From the IMG/VR virus record IMGVR_UViG_3300025848_000042, positions 1-61,121 of that record: a DNA stretch of 61,121 nucleotides. The stretch is one strand, 5' to 3'. A program made the position numbers and the translations under genes. Origin of the DNA: a virus (lineage: Duplodnaviria > Caudoviricetes). The notes under the pieces are model-generated. The model saw only the letters and a program-made list of their open reading frames with translations, searched no databases and was not told where the DNA came from. Shown piece after piece: positions 12,031 through 23,010 of the stretch. Every line of letters starts with the position of its first letter. Within the stretch, counting starts at the first letter, position 1.

Positions 12031-12300
12031 ATGACTACTCTCCTCCAAAAATATAAAACCTGGACTTATAAACAAAACAGTAAATATTATGGTGAGTATG
12101 TTGAATACTTCCAACCTTACTTCAGGTGGAACCCTTTTGATGATAGGAATGACTGGCAACCAGAATGGTTGAGAGAGTTTATGTATGGATGGAGTGGAGT
12201 TGGTTATGCTTGGGAGTGTTGGAGTTATTGGATGAGAGATAAAAAGTATTCTTATCAACTACCAAATGCTTTTTGGTTGGAACTGAATGGAAACCGATGA
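12031..12300 (+). CDS. Trp/Tyr-rich small protein, paralog of 8269-8538
   Basis: Direct sequence comparison. Confidence 0.8.
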   Translation: MTTLLQKYKTWTYKQNSKYYGEYVEYFQPYFRWNPFDDRNDWQPEWLREFMYGWSGVGYAWECWSYWMRDKKYSYQLPNAFWLELNGNR

Positions 12301-12655
12301 ATAAACTTAAAATCTTTTGGAAATCAAGAAAGACTTGGAACTATGCTTTTATTGAATGGCAGTACACAATGTTCCCACATCTATTTCCTAAATGTTGGGA
12401 TGAGGTTGATGGTTCTTATTGGTTCTGGGAGGCACTAAACAACTATGATGGAGTATTTGAGGAATGGTTATGACAAAAAAACAAATTGAAATGTTAAGAG
12501 GACTGATACAGGCAGAGATTGACTATGCCATTCAAGATTATGTTAATAAAAATCCTTGGTCTTATGAAATAAAGAAAGATAATGATGAGTTTTGGGAACA
12601 ATTCGCAGAGACTTTTAACTCAACTTCCACTGAATCTTTGGAGATTGAGGTGTGA

Positions 12656-12736
12656 TGGAGTTATTTGATGAGAGATAAAAAGTATTCTTATCAACTACCT
12701 AATGCTTTTTGGTTGGAACTGAATGGGAGTAGATAA
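12656..12736 (+). pseudogene. 3' fragment (third copy) of the 8269/12031 gene
   Basis: Encodes only MRDKKYSYQLPNAFWLELNGSR and is a mosaic of the two full copies. Confidence 0.7.
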
Positions 12737-12815
12737 AGGACACTTTCCAAACTGGAACATATCACTTGAAAACAGGTGCCCTCTGTGGTATGATAATCTC
12801 ATAAACAATCAAACT
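12735..12815 (+). promoter_or_regulatory. Early module copy at a site that is empty in the paralogous locus (8527-8545)
   Basis: GGGAGTAGAT[81 nt]GATGGACTTTCC here versus GGGAGTAGATGATGGACTTTCC at 8527. Confidence 0.85.
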
Positions 12816-12816
12816 G

Positions 12817-13155
12817 ATGGACTTTCCTGTATTTCTAAACAAATGGGTGATTGGATTTAAACCGATTAAATATACTCCATTCTGGTTTTGGTTTCGTCTT
12901 GTAAATCATTCTAATTGGAGAATGGATGACCACCAAAGATATTGGGACTTCTGGATGAGTATTAACAGAGGTTATGATAATATGACTTACAAACATAATT
13001 TTGAAAATTTTTGGGGCAAAAATACAAAACCCGAAACAATTGTTCTATCTCAAAAAAATTACGATGCTCTGGTAGATAGGTTGAATGAACCACCAGAGTA
13101 TAATGAAAGGATTGCTAAACTATTACAACGAAAAACACCTTGGAGTGAAGAATGA
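12817..13155 (+). CDS. Trp-rich small protein, paralog of 8535-8879
   Basis: Direct sequence comparison. Confidence 0.8.
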   Translation: MDFPVFLNKWVIGFKPIKYTPFWFWFRLVNHSNWRMDDHQRYWDFWMSINRGYDNMTYKHNFENFWGKNTKPETIVLSQKNYDALVDRLNEPPEYNERIAKLLQRKTPWSEE

Positions 13156-13549
13156 AAAAACCAGAACCTCCCAAACCACGGATAATCCGTGAAGATTTTC
13201 TACCAGAACAAGATCCACTAATGAATTATCGCATTAAAAAAGTTACAAAACCTGATGGTAAGGTTTGGTATTATCCACAGAAGAAGTTTTTGTGGTTTTG
13301 GTGGAGTATTGGTGTTGGTGTTACTCTAGAGTATGATGATGAAAGATGGGCACAAGAAAGAGTTTTTGAGGATTACAACAAAACACTCAAAGATGAGGTA
13401 GAGTATCTTGCTCCTGATATTTCTAAAACCATAACCGCAGAACATAATCCTCCACCCAAAAATCCATAAGGACACTTTACGAACTGGAACAGGAAACTTG
13501 AAATCAGGTGCCTTTTCTGGTATGATACTCTCATAGATAAAAACTTTAA

Positions 13550-13771
13550 ATGACTGAACCTATTCGTCTCTGTTGCGACTGCCGTTTTTATAAGAAATCT
13601 TGGGTGGAACATCTTATTTTTGGTAGTGACGCAGACGATAAATGCTTTCATCCAGTATTGAGTGGAAATTTGGTGACTGGAAAAGTCAAAGGTGGTCGTT
13701 GTTGTAGTTTTATGAGAATGTATGGTGGTGGATGTAGTGAAGAAGGTAAGTATTGGGAGGCACGGAAATGA
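13550..13771 (+). CDS. Cys-rich small protein, paralog of 8951-9169
   Basis: Direct sequence comparison. Confidence 0.8.
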   Translation: MTEPIRLCCDCRFYKKSWVEHLIFGSDADDKCFHPVLSGNLVTGKVKGGRCCSFMRMYGGGCSEEGKYWEARK

Positions 13772-14400
13772 GTGACAAAATTATTCCCAAAACCGCACTG
13801 ATTGAAATTGATGGTGCGATTGATGATTTTTATGATGAATGGGAAGATAATGGAGATAACATTGGAGTTTTACCAACTCAAGATGATTATGATAACTGGT
13901 TGTTCTCCACTGCTATGGGGTTTTTTGATAGACACCGATTTGAATTGGACAACTATCTGAAACTTAAGGAGAACCAGAAATGAATAAACCTTATTTGCTG
14001 ATTGCTGGGGAACATTTTTACCCTTCTCCTGATACTGGTGATTACTTGGAGGATTGAGAATGTATAAAATAACTTATAAAAGGATAAACGGAACTCCTAC
14101 ATCACAAACACGAAATACACTCCAAGAAGCAGTTGCTTATGCTCTTATTCTTGAAGCAAGAGAAGACTTAAATGTGAAAGTTATGTCTATTGAGAAGATT
14201 AAAAATGATTGAAGAACACAAATCAATTGAAGAAAAATCCAGTTCCTTCTACATTTCGTGTTATAATTATCAAGGAGAATTAGAGCACTTCAAAGTTCCT
14301 GAACCAGTTTATACTTATGTTCTTCAACTGGAAAATGAAATCAAGTATGGACTTGGTGGTGTGAAACGACGTTATGCTTTTAGATTTGGAGAGGAAGTAA

Positions 14401-14607
14401 ATGAAAGTTTATCTTGTAGTTGAAGATTATGATAGTGGTCCAGGAATTGCGAGTTTAAATATTTGTAATATCTTTTCAACAGAAGAACGAGCAATTGAGA
14501 AAAGAGATGAAATTATCAAACATTATGAAGATATTTGTGGTATAGATTATGTTGATGAATATTTGCGTGAAAATGTTCGGGTAGAAGAATGGGAAGTAGA
14601 AGAATGA
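14401..14607 (+). CDS. Hypothetical protein, paralog of 7438-7662
   Basis: Sequence comparison; flanked by the direct repeat ATGAAAGTTTAT (14401 and 14604). Confidence 0.75.
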   Translation: MKVYLVVEDYDSGPGIASLNICNIFSTEERAIEKRDEIIKHYEDICGIDYVDEYLRENVRVEEWEVEE

Positions 14608-15025
14608 AAGTTTATGATTACCGAATTGTAGAAGACCTCAATTTAAAAACTTTGAAACCTTATTTTTTTATTCAAAGATATAATATTAAGGACCAAAAGT
14701 ATTTCCTTTATTCAGATGCTACATTCCAAACACTTCAAGAAGCACAAGAAGCAATACGACTACTGAGAAAATACAACGAACCTTTATATCATTATGTGGA
14801 GTGATTGAAAATGATTGAACTAACACAAGAACAAATCAAAACTCTTGAAGATGCAATTAATTCTCTTCCAGAAAAATTGAGAACTGGAAAATACAGAACG
14901 ATGGAAGGAATTGAAGAACAACTTGCGAGTGGTGCTAAAATCATCTTTTATTTTATATGTGAAGATAAAGTTGATAAGAATGGTGAATATAAAGAATATG
15001 AAATAAAGAGTATGAGGTTGGAAGA

Positions 15026-15613
15026 ATGACTGAAAGATTAAATCATAATCTTAATGTAGATACAATCAAAACAATCAAAGATGTGAAGAATATCTTTGAT
15101 ACTATGGAATTGGTTGCTTCTATGGATAAAGATAATCCAAAATATGAAGTCGCAAAGGAATACTTTACCATTCCTTATGTTGCACCTGAACTTAAATTCT
15201 CAACACCACGCAAGAGTATTGAAGAAATCCAACAAGAACTTGAAGATAAGATTGATGCTCTTATAAAGACAACAAAAGAAAAGTTTGAGTATTCCAAAGT
15301 AGTTGCCGAAAAAAGATACAAATACAAGTTTGATAAGATTTTTGAGAACTTTCTGTATGCTCGTGATAAAGGACAGTTTCCACCCAAACTCACTATTACT
15401 ATTGGAGATGGATTGTATGGGAATAATTATGTGACTTCTAACTTTGTGGAAAGTTCTCTTGTAATCAAACAGGGGAAAAAACACGACGGTTATTATACAA
15501 ATGGAAATCGTAGATATTTGAGGTATTATATGCCTGATAAACCAAATGCGATTGTGAGGTTCTTTATGAGAACTTGTCTGGGTTTTTATTGGGTTGATGA
15601 GAAGGACACTTGA
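15026..15613 (+). CDS. Hypothetical protein, paralog of 17419-17997
   Basis: Shared MTERLNHNLNVD...YYMPDKPNAIVRFFM.TCLGFYWVDEKD. Confidence 0.85.
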   Translation: MTERLNHNLNVDTIKTIKDVKNIFDTMELVASMDKDNPKYEVAKEYFTIPYVAPELKFSTPRKSIEEIQQELEDKIDALIKTTKEKFEYSKVVAEKRYKYKFDKIFENFLYARDKGQFPPKLTITIGDGLYGNNYVTSNFVESSLVIKQGKKHDGYYTNGNRRYLRYYMPDKPNAIVRFFMRTCLGFYWVDEKDT

Positions 15614-15680
15614 AGAACTGGCACAGGGAGACCCCACAAGGTCTCCTATTGGTCTATAATACTCTCATACACACAGAAAC
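15604..15680 (+). promoter_or_regulatory. Early module copy that supplies the stop codon of the upstream ORF
   Basis: GGACACTTGAAGAACTGGCACA, hairpin GGAGACC/GGTCTCC, TATAAT 15655-15660. Confidence 0.85.
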
Positions 15681-15683
15681 TTG

Positions 15684-15866
15684 ATGACCCCCCTATCTGC
15701 TCTACTTTGTTTTTTTGCTCCTCTTGTTGGTTCTTATGTTGGAGTAAAACTCTTTGAGTATTTTGATAAACCTTATGTTCTTCCTCAACCAAAACGAGAA
15801 TCTATTGACCCAGAAGACCCTTCTTGCTGGAACTTTTCACAAGCACGATTGATGAGGATGAAATGA
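15684..15866 (+). CDS. Small membrane-anchored protein, paralog of 22828-23010
   Basis: Hydrophobic N-terminus; shared EDPSCWNFS.ARL. Confidence 0.75.
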   Translation: MTPLSALLCFFAPLVGSYVGVKLFEYFDKPYVLPQPKRESIDPEDPSCWNFSQARLMRMK

Positions 15867-16010
15867 CTAAAGAATATAAACTATTGATTAGTATTAATTT
15901 TCCTCTTATTTCTCTTGATGATAAAATAATTGCTAATGCTCTTATAGGAGATGTTTATGAGGCATTAGAAAAATATAAACTTGATGTTTCTGGTGTTGAA
16001 TGGATTGATT

Positions 16011-16097
16011 ATGACTAAACTAAACCTCTTTAACGCATATTCCACACTAATTTTGTGTTGGGGAATTGTAATTGTTTTGAACCTTATTCCTAACTGA
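16011..16097 (+). CDS. 28-aa hydrophobic peptide, paralog of 23007-23093
   Basis: MTKLNLFNAYSTLILCWGIVIVLNLIPN; the frame is conserved in both copies. Confidence 0.6.
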   Translation: MTKLNLFNAYSTLILCWGIVIVLNLIPN

Positions 16098-17242
16098 AAT
16101 GATTGACCTCTCTCAACTGACCGAAGAACAAATCAACGAACTTGAACTTCAAATCCAAAAACATAAGGAAGAACAAAAACACAAAGATAATCTAAAAAAT
16201 CTAAAAGGTTATAAAGTGACCTTTTATGTGAGGTTTGACCCTGAAAAGCATAAGGATGATGATATGCTTGCAGATAACGGAGAACTTGACCCCAACATTT
16301 TTGCTGATTATCTGTGCGATAATCTTGTTACAGACCTGATTAGGGGTTTTGATTTGCGTGGTTATGAGGATGTGAGTTATCCTAATGTGGAAGTAGCAAC
16401 CCAACAAGATATTGAAGGGAAGTTTTGAGGACACTTGAAGAACTGGCACAGGGACACTCCAAAGCCCCCTGTGATGCCTTATAATACTCTCATAAGCAAC
16501 CAAACCGATGACTAACTCAATCACTCCCAAAGTAGCATACATTCCTCTGGAATATCATATGTCCGTTGAAGATTTCTTGGAAGTTTGGAAGGATATGGGA
16601 ATGGAAGATGAACCAACCCAAGAAGATTATGATACTGCTGTTCTTGATAGGGCACAATCGTATTTTCACGATATGAGAGGAATGTTTGAAAAGTATATTC
16701 GTTTGGAGAATGCTTGATTATGACTGAAGAACAAATCCTACAACTTGCTGAAAATCACCTAACTCTTGAAAAGTGGGAGGACATTTGTTGGAGGGCAGAT
16801 ACTTTACAACTCTTGAAGTTTGCCCGAGAACTTTATGATGAGGGTTATACAAAAGGTTTCAAAGTAGGACACGATGCTGGTTGGGAACTAAATGACGAAG
16901 TATCACGCAGAGGATTATGACTAAACTCACAGCACTTGACTTAATGGTAATCGCAGATACTTTAAGTAGAACTCTCAATATCGCAGGATTTGGGGGAACT
17001 CTTGGTGGATATACAAAAGAAGCAAGAGAAAATGTTGCTAATAAAGTTCAAACAATTTTGAGTAATATGGAAGTAGAACTATCTGTGGAGAAAACTGATG
17101 CCTAAAATGACTTATGAAGAATGGAGTGAAAAAAATCCAATTGATTGGGATGAGATTGAAAAAAATGATAATCCAGATATGTTGATTACTAAAACAGGTG
17201 TAGAAATGATGCATTATCAATGTTATTTGTGGGAATGTAAGA

Positions 17243-17422
17243 ATGACTAACGAACCAACAGACACAGAAATCCTTGAGTTTCTACTCAATCAGTTCAAAC
17301 CACATTCTCTTAAAATGAATGGTGAGAGTGATTGGGTGTTTATAAATACTGGATTTCCTATGAATAAAGCAAAAGGTAAAAGTGCCCGTGATGCTGTGAT
17401 TAGTGCTATGGAAGCAAAATGA
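17243..17422 (+). CDS. Hypothetical protein, paralog of 9490-9666
   Basis: Direct sequence comparison. Confidence 0.75.
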   Translation: MTNEPTDTEILEFLLNQFKPHSLKMNGESDWVFINTGFPMNKAKGKSARDAVISAMEAK

Positions 17423-17997
17423 CTGAAAGATTAAATCATAATCTTAATGTAGATGCAATCAAAACAATTAAAGATGTGAAGAATGTCTTTTATACTATGG
17501 ATTTGGTTGCTTCTATGGATGAAGATAATCCAAAATATGAAGTCGCAAAGAAATACTTTACCATTCCTTATGTTGCACCTGAACTAACATTCCCAGCACC
17601 ACGCAGGAGTATTGAAGAAATCCAACAAGAGTTTGATGAGAAGATTGATGCTCTCATAAAGACAACAAAAGAAAAGTTTGAGTGTTCTAACTATTTTGCT
17701 GGAAAAAGATATAACGAAAAGTTCAATAGGATTATTCAGGACTTTGAGTATGCGAAGGAACACGGAAGTTTTCCTAAAATTCAAACACTTACTCTTGATT
17801 ACTCTCAGTTTGTTGCGACTGGTAGTTCTGTGGAAAGTTCTTTTGTAATCAAACAGGGGAAAAAACACGAAGGTTATTATACGAATGGAAACCGTAGATA
17901 TTTGAAGTATTATATGCCTGATAAACCGAATGCGATTGTGAGGTTCTTTATGAAAACTTGTTTGGGTTTTTATTGGGTAGATGAGAAGGACGGATGA
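17419..17997 (+). CDS. Hypothetical protein, paralog of 15026-15613
   Basis: Direct sequence comparison. Confidence 0.85.
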   Translation: MTERLNHNLNVDAIKTIKDVKNVFYTMDLVASMDEDNPKYEVAKKYFTIPYVAPELTFPAPRRSIEEIQQEFDEKIDALIKTTKEKFECSNYFAGKRYNEKFNRIIQDFEYAKEHGSFPKIQTLTLDYSQFVATGSSVESSFVIKQGKKHEGYYTNGNRRYLKYYMPDKPNAIVRFFMKTCLGFYWVDEKDG

Positions 17998-18175
17998 GAT
18001 ACTACGAAACCAGAACTTACGAGCACCAGTGTGATTTTGATGCTAAAAACAGAGCAGAAAAAGCATCACAAGATTACTACAAAAAGTGGATAAATCTTCG
18101 TAAAGAAGTAAGAGAACTGGTAAAAACTCAAAACATTTCTATTACACCTGAATTTGCTAAACTGATTGGACTGAA

Positions 18176-18352
18176 ATGAAATACAATCGTCCTATGAATG
18201 TCTTTGAGAAACTCCAAGCAGGTTGGTATTGGTGTGGTGAAATTTTTGATGAATGGTGCTGGACTATGACTCACGACCATACTGATGGAGAGTTCTTTCA
18301 GTTTCTTCAAACTGACTATGTTGCTTATGAGGAGGATACTTATTATGAATAA
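18176..18352 (+). CDS. Trp-rich small protein, paralog of 10821-10994
   Basis: Direct sequence comparison. Confidence 0.75.
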   Translation: MKYNRPMNVFEKLQAGWYWCGEIFDEWCWTMTHDHTDGEFFQFLQTDYVAYEEDTYYE

Positions 18353-18545
18353 ACTCAAAATACTCTGGAATAACAGAAGCACTTGGAGAAATGCTTTTGA
18401 CTATTGGTATATTCTAATGTTCCCTGAAAGATATTATACAAAATGGGTGTGTCAGCATAGATTGATTGATGTAGAAGAAGATGCTTGGTGGTTTTATCAA
18501 GCACTCAATAATTTTGATAACTTATTTGATGATGAGGACACTTGA
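18345..18545 (+). CDS. Trp-rich small protein, paralog of 11761-11961
   Basis: Direct sequence comparison. Confidence 0.8.
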   Translation: MNKLKILWNNRSTWRNAFDYWYILMFPERYYTKWVCQHRLIDVEEDAWWFYQALNNFDNLFDDEDT

Positions 18546-20882
18546 AGAACTGGCACAGAGACACTCCAAATGCCCCTGAGAATGCCTTATAATACTCTCA
18601 TACACAACCAATCCTATGAACCGCAAATCTTCTTCTCTTGACCTTTTCGGTCTTATTCCTATCTTTATGATTTTTGTGGTTGCTCTTATGTTTGTGGGAA
18701 TTCCTCTTACTGGTGTCGGCAGAGTAATCGCAACTCAACAAGCACTCAACCAAGAATGTAAGACCAACTACAACTTCCTTCAAGTTGCTTTTGCTGGTGA
18801 TAATCTTGCTCGTCTTTGCCAAATCAAAAATCAAACGGTGACTATCAAATGACTAACCTTTCCCCCCAAGCACAAGCAATCGTAGATGCTTTTGATGCTG
18901 AATACTATCAGAAAGCAAGAAACCGACAAGATGCTCTTGCTGCTGTTCTTCGTGTTCTTGCTGATAATGTTGCCCCTGATGATTATAAGTGTTTTTATGG
19001 GGACAGAGAATACGACGCAGGAATGGAAGGTCGTAATGATGAAATTCGTGAGGCAATTTTGAGTATTGCTACTGAATTGGAGGCAAACTGATGAAACTCT
19101 ACCGATACAAAAAAGACGGATGCCTCTACAATCTTTATGAGATGTTGATGCCCTATTATGAACTCAAAGCAGTTCCCTATTTTCCAAATCAAGGTATTCT
19201 TGCTAAAAGTAAAAGGAGTATTTCTATGAATGACTTTGAGGTAGTTGCTGAACGATGACTGACGAACAAAAACTCAAACTGCTTCTCAAAGTTCTCAAAG
19301 ACTACGCAGAGATGAAGCACTGCTATAATAAGTATGGGGATGATTTCGATCCAAATGATTATACTAGTGGTGATGTTGCCTTTGATACTGGTGCTGAATG
19401 GGGTGAGATTACCTTTGCCCGCACACTTTTAGAACAAATTGGTGTAGAATTTGAGCATCCTTGTATGAGTGAAGACAAATGACTGAAATTGAAGAACTGA
19501 AAGCACAAATCAAAGTATTGGAAAAGAAACTCTCATTCCTTGAAGAACTGGAAAAAACAAAATCACCAGTAGAAGAAGGATATAAGAAAGTTTATGGTTA
19601 TTATCCTGCTCCTTATGGAGAAGATTGTTATTGGGAATATTTCCAAAATGGATATAAACAAGCACAAAAGGATTATAAGGTAGGAGAGTATCAAGAAACC
19701 GCACAAGAACGAGGAGAACGACTTCATAATGAAATGGAAGAAACTATCAGAATTCACGATGGTTATGGTGTAGTTGATTACAAACCAACTCCAAAAACAC
19801 CAGTAGAAGAAGTATATATGAAAGTTTTTGGACATCCACCTGAATGTGCTCAACGTGGTGTTTGGGATGGTTTCCAAGCAGGTTATAATGCTGCTTATGA
19901 AGAAAAAGTAGTAGAAGAACCAGAAGAGAATGAATGGAAATCTGTTGCTCTTCGTTTTGGTGAAAAGTTGAGTGGATATTTGAGTGATGGTTATTATGAA
20001 CTTTCTCCTGCTGCTTGGTTTAGGTGGGCAGTATTTACTTATGGGAAAGGACAACAAATAAAGAATGCTGTCCGTGAAAGTGTAAAATGGTGTGAAGAGC
20101 ATCCCGAGGAGAGTGTGGAAGATTATTTAACTCCAAGAATGAGGACACTTTGAAAACAGGCACAAGGGCACTTTACAGGTGCCCTTTTTTGATGTATGAT
20201 ACTATTATAGATGAAATCCAAGATGACTGAAACTATTCAACAACTCAAAGAGGATATTGCTATTCTTCAAGAGAAACTACGAAAACTTGAAGAACAAGAC
20301 CCTGAAATGCTACTATTGCGTCAAGGTAAAGTAGATATTGTTGATTACAATCATAGAACTCATTATAGAATTGAATACACCGATAGTTTTTCTGGTGTTT
20401 ATAAGTGGTTTGTGCGAAAATTGGGAGAAATTCCTTTTCTTGAAGAAGTTAGGGATGTAAATGTTTATGCTCCTCTTGAAGAACTTTACCAGAAAGAAGT
20501 AGTGAAACAGAAAGACGATTATCCTTATAAAAAATACACACCAGAAGAAACAGAACAATCCCTGAAAAAAGCATTTAGAGAAGCAGTCAAGCAAGGTGTG
20601 GTTTCGTCTGTTGAGAAACCTACTGATGAAGAAGATAATGATAAGAACTTCAAGAACTCTCTTGACCTTATCAAAGAATGGGGTGAAAAAAATAAACCAA
20701 AAACACTTTATCAAATTTGTATGGAGTGGTGGAATGAAGTGTTTGTAAATCAAATGGACGATAATATTTGTGTTGATGTCCTGGTAAGTAAAATTGATAA
20801 AGAGTTTATTCCACCTTCTTACGATACTAATGATTATCAGTGGAATAAATGTTTGAAAATTATGAGGGATAAGTTGAGGTAG

Positions 20883-20890
20883 TATAAATA
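20883..20890 (+). promoter_or_regulatory. T4-type late promoter
   Basis: Exact TATAAATA. Confidence 0.75.
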
Positions 20891-20894
20891 CAAA

Positions 20895-20953
20895 TGTCTA
20901 TGTGAACCGCAATTCTCTACAGACAAGATTAGGTGCTCTTTGGGGCACCTTTT
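20895..20953 (+). ncRNA. Putative ~58 nt RNA antisense to the leader of the downstream endonuclease gene
   Basis: Lies between a late promoter and terminator AGGTGCTC-TTTG-GGGCACCT-TTT (20931-20953). 20897-20913 is complementary to 20978-20994. Confidence 0.55.
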
Positions 20954-20967
20954 CTGTTATAAACTAT

Positions 20968-20975
20968 TATAAATA
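20968..20975 (+). promoter_or_regulatory. T4-type late promoter for the endonuclease gene
   Basis: Exact TATAAATA 25 nt before the ATG. Confidence 0.8.
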
Positions 20976-21000
20976 GTATTGCGGTTTACATAGAATAACG

Positions 21001-21840
21001 ATGACTTCACAAAGTCCAAGAATTTACACATATAAAATTACCTTTGAAGAAGTTCCATATTACTATTATGGAGTTCATAAGGAAAAGAAATATAATGAGT
21101 ATTATATGGGTTCTCCTGTAACAAACAAATGGTGTTGGGAATTTTATACTCCAAAGAAACAAATACTTCAACTTTTTGACTTTACAGATAAAGGTTGGTT
21201 AGAGGCAAATTTAGTTGAAGATAGATTAATAAATCCATTCTATCAAACTGATAAATGGTGTTTGAACGCAAGTTGTGGTGCTAAAATATCTTTAGAATGT
21301 TTAAGAAATGGTATAAAAACCCAGCAAAAATTAGGTTTAGGATTATTTGGATTAACAAAAGAAGAAAGAAGTAAAATATCTAAAATAAATTATCAAAATG
21401 GTGTTGGTCTTGGGGGACTTACTTTAGAACAAAGAAGTGAAGCAGGTAAAATTGGTGGTGTTATAGGAGGAAGAAAAAATGTTGAAACAGGTCACATACA
21501 AAGTCTTGGTTTAATATCTGGAAAAAGGAATTTAGAAACTGGGTTTATACAAGAACTTGGTAAAAAATGGGGGATAATACATAAAGAAAATAAAACTGGA
21601 ATTTTTTCTCAAACACCAGAGGAATTAAGTGAGGCAGGTAAAAAAGGTTCTTCTAAAAATAAAAAGAATGGAGTTGCTATATTTGCTCTTACAAAAGAAC
21701 AATTAAGTAATCAAGGTAAAAAAACTAACGCACAAAAATGGATGTGTCTTGAAACTGGTTTTATTACTAATCCAGGAAACTTAACAAAATATCAAAAAGC
21801 AAGAGGTATAGACACCTCAAAGAGAAAAAGAATATCATAA
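21001..21840 (+). CDS. Free-standing Seg-like (GIY-YIG-related) homing endonuclease
   Basis: N-terminal IYTYKIT...YYYYGVH...YMGS, then repeated G(L/I)FxLTxEExSxxGK and KNxETGxIQxLG modules. AT-rich relative to neighbours. Confidence 0.7.
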   Translation: MTSQSPRIYTYKITFEEVPYYYYGVHKEKKYNEYYMGSPVTNKWCWEFYTPKKQILQLFDFTDKGWLEANLVEDRLINPFYQTDKWCLNASCGAKISLECLRNGIKTQQKLGLGLFGLTKEERSKISKINYQNGVGLGGLTLEQRSEAGKIGGVIGGRKNVETGHIQSLGLISGKRNLETGFIQELGKKWGIIHKENKTGIFSQTPEELSEAGKKGSSKNKKNGVAIFALTKEQLSNQGKKTNAQKWMCLETGFITNPGNLTKYQKARGIDTSKRKRIS

Positions 21841-21921
21841 GGACACTTCAAAAACTGGAACAAGGGCACTTGAACCTGGTGCCCTGATGCCCTATAATAC
21901 TCTCATACACAAAGAACTCTA

Positions 21922-22557
21922 ATGAACATCAACGGATACGAAATCAAACCCTTTGCTGACCTTGAGGGTGCTTACCTTAAGGGTGCTAACCTTTGGTGTG
22001 CTAACCTTCAGGGTGCTAACCTTAAGGGTGCTAACCTTAAGGGTGCTAACCTTCAGGGTGCTAACCTTCAGGGTGCTAACCTTAAGGGTGCTATCCTTAA
22101 GGGTGCTGACCTTATGAGTGCCAACCTTAAGGGTGCTAACCTTGTGGATGCTAACCTTTATGGTGCTTACCTTCGGGATGCTAACCTTGTGGATGCTAAC
22201 CTTGTGCGTGCTAACCTTTGGTGTGCTATTCTTGTAGGTGCTAACCTTGTGCGTGCTGACCTTCAGGGTGCTGACCTTCGGGATGCTAACCTTTGGGGTG
22301 CTGCACTTGTGTATGCTGACCTTAAGGGTGCTGCACTTGTGTATGCTGACCTTAAGGGTGCTAACCTTTGGTGTGCTAACCTTAGGGAGGTTACTTTTGA
22401 GGGTGCTGACCTTGAGGGTGCTAATCTAAAGGGAACTATTCTTGAGAAGAAAAAAGAACCTCAGGATGATAAAGACCTGAAGATTAAAGAACTTGAAGAA
22501 GAACTGAAGAAATATAAGGATACTCTTAAGGCACTTAAGGCACTTCTGGACACTTGA
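21922..22557 (+). CDS. Pentapeptide repeat protein with C-terminal coiled coil
   Basis: About 33 A(N/D)Lxx repeats followed by [13 protein letters not shown]. Confidence 0.95.
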   Translation: MNINGYEIKPFADLEGAYLKGANLWCANLQGANLKGANLKGANLQGANLQGANLKGAILKGADLMSANLKGANLVDANLYGAYLRDANLVDANLVRANLWCAILVGANLVRADLQGADLRDANLWGAALVYADLKGAALVYADLKGANLWCANLREVTFEGADLEGANLKGTILEKKKEPQDDKDLKIKELEEELKKYKDTLKALKALLDT

Positions 22558-22827
22558 AGAACTGACACAGGGTCTCACCACAGAGACCCTTTTTGGTTTA
22601 TAATAACCTCATACACACAGAAACCTGATGAAACTTCTTGTAGTCAATCTTCAAAATCCCAACGAAACAAAATACCGCAATCCAAAGGATATTAGTGCTT
22701 TTATGTGGGGTCGTCGTCTTTCTAACTATCCTATGTTTGCTGTGAGTGAGAATGGTGAAATGAAACAGATTGTTCTTGATAGTGCTGATGTTATGGAAAT
22801 TGAAAAGCAAGTAATGGAGGCAATCAA

Positions 22828-23010
22828 ATGACCCCTCTATCTGCTCTACTTTGTTTTCTTGTGCCTTTTATTGGTTCTTATGTTGGAACCAAACTCTTTG
22901 GGTATTTTGATAAACCTGATGTTCCTTCTCAACCAAAACGGGAACCGATTGACCACGAAGATCCTTCTTGTTGGAACTTTTCAAAAGCACGATTGAGGAT
23001 GATGAAATGA
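22828..23010 (+). CDS. Small membrane-anchored protein, paralog of 15684-15866
   Basis: Direct sequence comparison. Confidence 0.75.
   Translation: MTPLSALLCFLVPFIGSYVGTKLFGYFDKPDVPSQPKREPIDHEDPSCWNFSKARLRMMK

Larger units (their letters stand above)
9663..20882 (+). other. Array of further short hypothetical CDSs (e.g. 9663-9848, 10435-10827, 11534-11764, 13152-13469, 14604-14804, 16099-16428, 16508-16717, 18616-18852, 19255-19482, 19479-20153, 20211-20882)
   Basis: Continuous + strand tiling with coupled starts and stops. No family recognised. Confidence 0.7.

Noticed and set aside
8269-12300. Paralog pairs as template and variable repeats of a diversity-generating retroelement
   Set aside because: Differences are not adenine-specific (many C/T and synonymous changes), and there is no reverse transcriptase in the window.
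6407-20153. Stop-codon reassignment as the cause of the very short ORFs
   Set aside because: Long core genes read normally in code 11, and the short ORFs have their own SDs, frame-shifting ATGA overlaps and independently shuffled paralogs.
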